The notes beneath the pieces are model-generated. The model searched no databases. It was not told where the DNA came from and saw only the letters and a list, made by a program, of their open reading frames with translations. From the NCBI GenBank assembly GCA_034667725.1, contig JAXDQS010000010.1, positions 160,001-224,000 on the forward strand: a stretch of 64,000 bases of DNA, in the 5' to 3' direction. Within the stretch, counting starts at the first letter, position 1. The number at the start of each line of letters is the position of its first letter. Source of the DNA: Thermoplasmata archaeon. Lineage in GTDB: Archaea; Thermoplasmatota; E2; JACPAO01; JAHFTW01. Below, one piece after another: positions 58,801 through 64,000 of this stretch. The translations under genes were made by a program, and so were the position numbers.

Positions 58801-59944
58801 GGAGTGCGTCCCCGCCCTCCCCTGCCTGTGGGCCAACGCCGGCTACACCAACCAGGTGCTCGGCTTCGGCGGCTGGGCCTCGGCGCCGGGCTCCCTCGGG
58901 GCCTACGTCCACCAGCCGACCCTCGGCGGCCCCAACCCGCTGGGCACGTACTACGCCGGCGCGGCCCTCGGCTGCATCCCGGACGTCCCATGCCTGCGGG
59001 GCGGCGGCGGGTACCTCGGCGTCCGCCCGCTCGACGCCGACGTCTACTGGCCCGGCGCCGACGGCGGCTCGCTGGTGGTGTTCGCGTACACGCCCGACTC
59101 GCCCACGGCGACCCCGGGCATCACGAGCACCTCGACGCTGCCGACGGTGGACCGCAACTGCGTCGTCGACTGCAGGAGCATCCCGTCCAACACGCTGGTC
59201 AACCCGTGCGACCCCTGCCCGGACATGCCCAACCCTGGCCCGCTGCCGTGCGGCGTCTGCACGCGCGTGCAGGCCCAGGTCGTGTGCGACCCGGTCTGCC
59301 CCAACCAGGAATGCATCCCCGACTGCGAGGACCTCGGCACCTGCCCTCCCCCGTGCGACCCGCGGGACCCGAAGGCGGAGTGCTGCGAGTCGGCCCTCTC
59401 GGCCGACTGCCTGGTGCCGACCTGCGAAGACCTCCTGGGCCGGCCTTGCACGTGCGACAACCTGCTCGGGCGGTCCTGCACCTGCGACAGCCTGGCCGGG
59501 CGGTCCTGCACGGTGACGTGCCATGACGTCCCGCGGCCGAACCCCTCCGTGGACCCGTGCAATCCCTGCCCGCCGTCCACCACAGGCCCGGTCCCGTGCG
59601 ACGTCTGCCCGCCCGCCCCCCCGCAGGTGTGCAGCCCGCCGGACTGCGACGACGTGACCAACCCCGTGGCCGGCCACGACCCATGCCGGCCGCCTTGCAG
59701 CGTGCCCATCAATGTGAACACCTGCCTGCCGTGCGACCCGACACCGATCCAGGGATGCACGGGGACGCTGCCTTGCGTCAACAACCTGGATGACTGCCTG
59801 CCGGTGACGACGTGCGACCCCACGCCCATCCAGAACTGCATTCCGGAGCTCCCGTGCGGGACCATCCAGGAGTGCATCGTCCGGCAGGAGCCCATCTGCG
59901 TCACCGTGGGTGGCCGGAACCCCATCTGCGTCACCAACGCCTGA
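55865..59944 (+). CDS. Large secreted protein: conserved N-terminal domain, about 5 FN3 repeats and a Cys/Pro-rich C-terminal region
   Basis: Signal peptide; L.W...Y.YRV.A...G..S FN3 repeats each carrying Cys; C-terminal ~260 aa dominated by C, P and D; no C-terminal TM. Confidence 0.85.
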   Translation: MTPIHPPRTLRPALRAGLAVAAVAFGVLALLALATPSDAAMIDNGVVKLGINPSAALNVPGGSPTPVSGTSIVGIRQMSNNYDGVSPGCTCEGWGIAYDGSVTGYANTAVGSYGYTVLASSGTASTYSTKVKVGDLEVTHDFTPSTATPYLYQIDVTIKNTGAPHSDLLYRRVMDWDIEASFFNEFVTLASVSPVPSWVKFSSNNGFASADPLVGPSSIGSYGPPTGNVIDAGPKDHGALFDFQLGPIGAGSTTTLRLYYGVAPTESDANTARAAVGAQVWSYGQTSTAPTLGTPNTFIFAAGPPTPPKPPVCDSTSTASAPGTLTAAGAAGPKVDLSWGAAFSACPLTYEVHRSTTSASGPFSLLATTAATAHTDTTVANCATYWYRVRALAPAGAGPWSNVAAAITPSVAPSAPTGLAGTPSGTSVNLAWTPPASPCAFQQRVEVQSGATWATVPPAPLAATVSTHVHSPVAACTTYTYRVVAFNAAGSATSAPASVTTGAVAPSAPTGLSAAPTPATPTSSIDLAWTPPPASTCPFQQRVEIPLGAGWTTLHSGLPASAASDVDAPLPPCQARSYRVVAYNSAGDSPPSNVAGTMTAAVAPAAPTLTAATHFPPATVSPLGNTGPLNHEKWMPGSGSPCPDLAYDLERTIVSTGATTILPQGLVLAADDLPVQPCETYVYRVRAVTYGGVTGPWSNALSVATWIAPPGPVTNAVAYSKSMATGRVEHGLTGIVDWDVPTANNCPVVDYKIYKTDNTFAPLGIDLYNDPHAVVPHPTTVLEDTPNVVCVRYTYDIQADNTALGGGLGPAVQVSYVHMIYVDADTYAGDAEAITGLPIAATRGTASGATGLPLSDVPMVALPVCGLPCMPLDIELWDTDEGLAYHVDLDDFPFYEKRDPAGYPAGIGYDLLLESQCVPDPPCMSQRGDYLYDNPFTGTSLWLELAGAPKVHFHQGVPDPNGAVTLPTEPVGTGKAVVVECVPALPCLWANAGYTNQVLGFGGWASAPGSLGAYVHQPTLGGPNPLGTYYAGAALGCIPDVPCLRGGGGYLGVRPLDADVYWPGADGGSLVVFAYTPDSPTATPGITSTSTLPTVDRNCVVDCRSIPSNTLVNPCDPCPDMPNPGPLPCGVCTRVQAQVVCDPVCPNQECIPDCEDLGTCPPPCDPRDPKAECCESALSADCLVPTCEDLLGRPCTCDNLLGRSCTCDSLAGRSCTVTCHDVPRPNPSVDPCNPCPPSTTGPVPCDVCPPAPPQVCSPPDCDDVTNPVAGHDPCRPPCSVPINVNTCLPCDPTPIQGCTGTLPCVNNLDDCLPVTTCDPTPIQNCIPELPCGTIQECIVRQEPICVTVGGRNPICVTNA
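59421..59510 (+). repeat. Three 30-bp tandem coding repeats (TCxxLxGRxC)
   Basis: TCEDLLGRPC / TCDNLLGRSC / TCDSLAGRSC. Confidence 0.8.
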
Positions 59945-59950
59945 CGGGCA

Positions 59951-59998
59951 TCTTCCCCCTTCGCCCCTCTTTCCCTCCTCCTTTTTCCTTCCCTTTTC
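59951..59998 (+). terminator. Polypyrimidine tract, putative archaeal terminator
   Basis: About 48 nt almost purely C/T with T4-T5 runs immediately after the stop at 59944. Confidence 0.45.
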
Positions 59999-60040
59999 GC
60001 GCCGGGGAGCCTAAGTAGCATCGGCCGGGTGCGCGCAAGC

Positions 60041-61597
60041 GTGAGCGTCGAGGCGAAGGTCGCGGACCTCCGGCGGAAGAAGGCCGAGTCGCTGGCGGGC
60101 GGCGGCGCGGAGCGCGTCGAGAAGCAGCACCAGGCGGGCAAGCACACGGCCCGCGAGCGCGTCGACCTCTTGCTGGACGCCGGCACCTTCGTCGAGCTGG
60201 ACGCGCTGCGGGTCCACGAGTCGCACGACTTCGGCATGGACAAGAAGCACTACCTCGGCGACGGCGTCGTCACCGGCTGGGGCCACGTCGACGGCCGACT
60301 GGTGTACGTGTTCGCGCAGGACTTCACCGTCCTTGGCGGCTCGCTCGGTGGCGTCTACGCCGAGAAGATCTGCAAGGTGATGGACCTCGCCGTCCAGAAC
60401 GGCGCGCCCGTGGTTGGCCTCAACGACTCCGGCGGCGCGCGCATCCAGGAGGGCGTCGTGGCGCTCGGGGGCTACGCGGAAATCTTCTGGCGCAACACGC
60501 GGGCCTCCGGCGTCGTGCCGCAGATCTCGGCCATCCTTGGGCCGTGCGCGGGCGGCGCCGTCTACTCCCCCGCCATCACCGACTTCGTGCTCATGGTGCA
60601 GGACACCAGCCACATGTTCATCACCGGCCCCGAGGTCATCAAGACCGTCACTGGCGAGACCGTCACCTTCGACGAGCTGGGCGGCGCGCACACCCACATG
60701 GCCACCTCGGGCGTCGCGCACATGAGCTACGAGGACGAGGAGGCCTGCATCAAGGGCATCCGCGAACTCTTGTCCTACCTGCCGTCCAACAACCTCAGCG
60801 AGCCGCCGCAGCTCACCCCCACCGACGACCCGTCCCGCATGGACGAGGCCCTGCTGCGCCTGGTGCCCGACTCGCCCGACAAGCCCTACGACATGCTTGC
60901 GGTCATCCGCGCCATCGTCGACGGCGGCCGCTTCCTCGAGGTCCAGCCCGAGTTCGCCAAGAACATCGTGTGCGGCCTCGCCCGCCTCAACGGCCGCAGC
61001 GTCGGCGTCGTCGCCAACCAGCCCGCCAACCTCGCCGGCGTCCTAGACATCGACGCCTCCACCAAGGCCGCCCGCTTCGTGCGCACCTGCGACGCCTTCA
61101 ACCTCCCGCTCGTGACCTTCGTCGACGTCCCCGGCTTCCTGCCCGGCGTCGGCCAGGAGCACCGCGGCATCATCCGCCACGGCGCCAAGCTGCTGTACGC
61201 CTACGCCGAAGCCACCGTGCCCAAGCTCACCGTCATCACCCGCAAGGCCTACGGCGGCGCCTACGACGTGATGTGCAGCAAGCACGTCCGCGCCGACTAC
61301 AACGTGGCGTGGCCGACGGCGGAGATCGCGGTCATGGGCCCCGAGGGCGCGGTCAACATCGTGTTCCGCAACGAGCTCAAGGGCCTGGAGGGCAAGGCGC
61401 TCGCCGACCGCCGCTCGCAACTGGTGGCCGAGTACCGCGCCAAGTTCGCAAGCCCCTACGTCGCCGCCCGCAAGGGCTACATCGACGACGTCATCGAGCC
61501 GCAGGAGACCCGCCCCGCCTTGATCCGCGCCCTGGAGACCTTGGTCAACAAGCGGGCGGACGGGCCGAAGCGGAAGCACGGCAACATCCCGCTCTGA
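60041..61597 (+). CDS. Acyl-CoA (propionyl/methylmalonyl-CoA) carboxyltransferase beta subunit
   Basis: [70 protein letters not shown]. Confidence 0.95.
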   Translation: MSVEAKVADLRRKKAESLAGGGAERVEKQHQAGKHTARERVDLLLDAGTFVELDALRVHESHDFGMDKKHYLGDGVVTGWGHVDGRLVYVFAQDFTVLGGSLGGVYAEKICKVMDLAVQNGAPVVGLNDSGGARIQEGVVALGGYAEIFWRNTRASGVVPQISAILGPCAGGAVYSPAITDFVLMVQDTSHMFITGPEVIKTVTGETVTFDELGGAHTHMATSGVAHMSYEDEEACIKGIRELLSYLPSNNLSEPPQLTPTDDPSRMDEALLRLVPDSPDKPYDMLAVIRAIVDGGRFLEVQPEFAKNIVCGLARLNGRSVGVVANQPANLAGVLDIDASTKAARFVRTCDAFNLPLVTFVDVPGFLPGVGQEHRGIIRHGAKLLYAYAEATVPKLTVITRKAYGGAYDVMCSKHVRADYNVAWPTAEIAVMGPEGAVNIVFRNELKGLEGKALADRRSQLVAEYRAKFASPYVAARKGYIDDVIEPQETRPALIRALETLVNKRADGPKRKHGNIPL

Positions 61598-61684
61598 CAG
61601 GGACACGCCTGGTTGCCCCCGGCGCCCGCATTATCCCGCCCCCGCATTTCGTGGGCCGGGGCGTGGTGGGCGCCCGCAAGGACG

Positions 61685-62890
61685 ATGCGCATGCACCCGC
61701 GACCGACATTGAAGCTCCGCCTGCCCTCTGCTGCCCTGCCGCTGCTGCTCCTGCTGTCCTCCGTGGGCCTGGCCGCCCCCGTCGCTGCGGAGGAATCGCC
61801 CCCGGCCGGCTGCGCCCCCACCGGCCTCAGCGGCTTCTACCAGGACGACGTCGTGTACCTGCAATGGGACGCGACCGCGGGCGCCACGGCCTACGACCTC
61901 TACCACGACCCCGGCGACGGCGAACTGGTGTACTTCACCACCGTCTATGCGCCCGAGACGCAGACCTACGACCCCACCGTCGTGGCCGGGCGCACCTACC
62001 GCTACCTTGCCACCGCCTACGTGGACGGCATCGAGACCCAGAGCTGCGGCCCCATCTCCGTGACGACCACGGCGCCGCCCTGCGCTCCCCAGGACTTCAC
62101 CGCCACGGGCCAAAGCGACGGCATCCTGCTCCAGTGGACCGCGACGGAGGGCGCGACCCAGTACGACATCTACCGGTGGGACGACACCGACCCCGGCGGG
62201 CAGCTGCTGGCGAGCGTGCAGCCGCCCGCCACCCAGTACTTCGACGGGCAGACCGTCCCGGACGTCTGGTACTGGTACGGCGCGGTGGCCATCGTCGACG
62301 GCGCCACGACCGACGGCTGCGGCAGCGTGGTCGCCAAGATGGACACGTCCGAGACGGGGCCGGCCCCTGACCCGAACGTCTGCGCCCCCGCCGACTTCAC
62401 GGCGACCCCCATCGGCAGCTTCGTGCAACTCTCCTGGACCGCCACCGTCAACGCCTCGCAGTACAACATCTACCGCGCCCGCGAGGACGGCGCGTTCCGC
62501 CTCGTCATCCTGGGCGACGCCAGCACCACCTCCACCATCGACACCCAGGTCGAGGCGCAGACGACGTACCACTACTACGCGACCGCGGAAGGCGGCGGCG
62601 TCGTGACCCCGAGCTGCGGCATCGTGACCGTGACGACCCAGGGCGAATGCTCCCCGATGCTCACCGTCACGCGCGGCGACGGCGTCAACCACCTGGAGTG
62701 GGGCTTCCTGCCCGCGGCGGAGCACTACAACGTGTACGTGGGCAAGAACCCGCGGCACATGACGCTCCTGGCCTCGGTGTTCAACGGCAACGAATACCAC
62801 CACACGGTTCACGACCCCAAGGCCAAGCTCCACTACGAGGTGCGCGCGGTGGTGGACGGCGAGGAGAGGCCGGCCTGCAACACCGCCTGA
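61685..62890 (+). CDS. Secreted protein with four FN3-like repeats
   Basis: Signal peptide; CAP..F.A....LQW.AT.GA..Y.IYR...Y.Y repeats, each with a Cys pair. Confidence 0.85.
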   Translation: MRMHPRPTLKLRLPSAALPLLLLLSSVGLAAPVAAEESPPAGCAPTGLSGFYQDDVVYLQWDATAGATAYDLYHDPGDGELVYFTTVYAPETQTYDPTVVAGRTYRYLATAYVDGIETQSCGPISVTTTAPPCAPQDFTATGQSDGILLQWTATEGATQYDIYRWDDTDPGGQLLASVQPPATQYFDGQTVPDVWYWYGAVAIVDGATTDGCGSVVAKMDTSETGPAPDPNVCAPADFTATPIGSFVQLSWTATVNASQYNIYRAREDGAFRLVILGDASTTSTIDTQVEAQTTYHYYATAEGGGVVTPSCGIVTVTTQGECSPMLTVTRGDGVNHLEWGFLPAAEHYNVYVGKNPRHMTLLASVFNGNEYHHTVHDPKAKLHYEVRAVVDGEERPACNTA

Positions 62891-62928
62891 GGCCTCCACG
62901 CGCAGCCAAGGCCCTCGGGCCCGCCGGC

Positions 62929-63050
62929 CTTTCCGGTGCAGCCACTTGTTTTCCGCTCATCGGAAGCTGCGCGACGGCCCCGCCCCCAAGGGCAGGGTTC
63001 CACCGGAAGCAAGGGGGTCTCTGAAGGGGGCGGATACCTATATTTCCCAT
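62929..63050. promoter_or_regulatory. ORB boxes / putative oriC upstream of cdc6
   Basis: GTTCCACCGGAAGCAAGGGGG (62997-63017) fits the archaeal ORB pattern TTCCAnnGGAA plus G-string. Inverted partial box at 62931-62942; AT-rich TATATTT about 63039-63045. Confidence 0.7.
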
Positions 63051-63163
63051 GCCCGTCTTGGCACGAATCCCGCGGGGGTCCAGGACCCATGGAACCCGTG
63101 CAGCCGCTGGGAGGCGGAGGCGCGGCGGAGGGTCCACGGCACCGAGCTGGGAGGTTTCCTTCG

Positions 63164-64000
63164 TTGGCTGTCAATGACTTGTTTGGCCAGTTGCTCCAGG
63201 TCGAGCCCCTCTTCGTGAACAAGGAGGTCATGCGGGCCTCCTACACGCCCGACGACCTGCCGCACCGGGACACGGAGATCCGCTCGCTCGGCAGCCTGCT
63301 GGTCCCCGCCCTGCGCGGCGAGACCCCGTCGAACGTCTTCATCTACGGCAAGACCGGCACGGGCAAGACCGCCTGCGTCAAGTACGTCGGCAAGGAGCTC
63401 AGCCACAAGGGCGTCGAGCTCGGCAAGCGCGTCAACCTCATCTACATCAACTGCGAGATCGTCGACACCCAGTACCGCGTCCTGCAGAACATCGCCAACG
63501 CCTTCGTCCCCGCAGAGAACTGGAACCACCGCATCCCCTTCACCGGCTGGCCCACGGACGAAGTGTACGAGGCGCTGCGGCGCTACGTCGACGGCTGGAT
63601 GAAGGCCGACGACACCCAATGGGTCCGCGACCCCAGCCGCGTCGGCGGCGAGGTCACCATCATCGTGCTCGACGAGGTGGACAAGCTCAAGGGCGACGAG
63701 GTCCTCTACAACCTCACCCGCATCAACGGCGACCTGGCCCAGAACAAGGTCAGCGTCATCGGCATCTCGAACGACCTCAAGTTCACCGAGTTCCTCGACC
63801 CCCGCGTCAAGTCGTCCCTCGGCGAGGAATCGATGATCTTCGCGCCCTACGACGCCAAGCAGCTCGAGGACATCCTGATGCAGCGCGCCACCATGGCGCT
63901 CAAGCTGAACGTCGTCCAGGACGGCGTCGTGCCCCTGTGCGCCGCCCTGGCCGCCCGCGAGCACGGCGACGCCCGCCGCGCCCTCGACCTCCTCCGCGTC
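63164..64000 (+). CDS. cdc6: Orc1/Cdc6 replication initiator, truncated at the window edge
   Basis: Manual translation: YTPDDLPHR, PSNVFIYGKTGTGKT (Walker A), YINC, PFTGWPT, IIVLDEVD (Walker B), LDPRVKSSL, EHGDARRALDLLR. GGAGGT 8 nt before TTG 63164; an in-frame ATG at 63089 is an alternative start. Confidence 0.96.
   Translation, partial: MAVNDLFGQLLQVEPLFVNKEVMRASYTPDDLPHRDTEIRSLGSLLVPALRGETPSNVFIYGKTGTGKTACVKYVGKELSHKGVELGKRVNLIYINCEIVDTQYRVLQNIANAFVPAENWNHRIPFTGWPTDEVYEALRRYVDGWMKADDTQWVRDPSRVGGEVTIIVLDEVDKLKGDEVLYNLTRINGDLAQNKVSVIGISNDLKFTEFLDPRVKSSLGEESMIFAPYDAKQLEDILMQRATMALKLNVVQDGVVPLCAALAAREHGDARRALDLLRV

Overview
64-kb window from a GC-rich (roughly 70% by eye) archaeal chromosome. 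Archaeal markers include PolD large subunit DP2, Orc1/Cdc6 with an upstream ORB box, Gins51, Pth2, Tsr3, L40e, archaeal-type LeuRS, a PAC2 chaperone, geranylgeranyl reductase, a CCA-less tRNA-Arg(CCG) and TATA boxes about 25 nt upstream of start codons. The gene set fits a Thermoplasmatota-like lineage (inference). Housekeeping genes are interleaved with many Cys-rich secreted or surface proteins (PKD, FN3, TSP3, IgGFc-binding-like, S8 protease) and several bacterial-type genes (Fpg/MutM, class II LysRS, PAS histidine kinase, holin-X-like, LemA). Main leads: (1) a three-gene module present twice, encoding a small secreted protein with a conserved C-terminal Cys-loop motif, a single-pass protein with a cytoplasmic TPR region ending in EGY[TV], and a double winged-HTH regulator, which looks like an undescribed transmembrane signalling system; (2) a DUF3494 ice-binding protein with a PEF-CTERM-like tail in an archaeosortase/DUF1616 locus; (3) short hairpin-rich inserts flanked by duplicated 3' ends of gdhA and polC; (4) a dispersed 16-bp palindromic element; (5) a cluster of ORB-like boxes 37 kb from cdc6; (6) a divergent pair of secreted-protein/small-partner cassettes next to tRNA-Arg. 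No CRISPR array, rRNA, transposase or integrase was seen. All calls come from reading the sequence; no searches were run.
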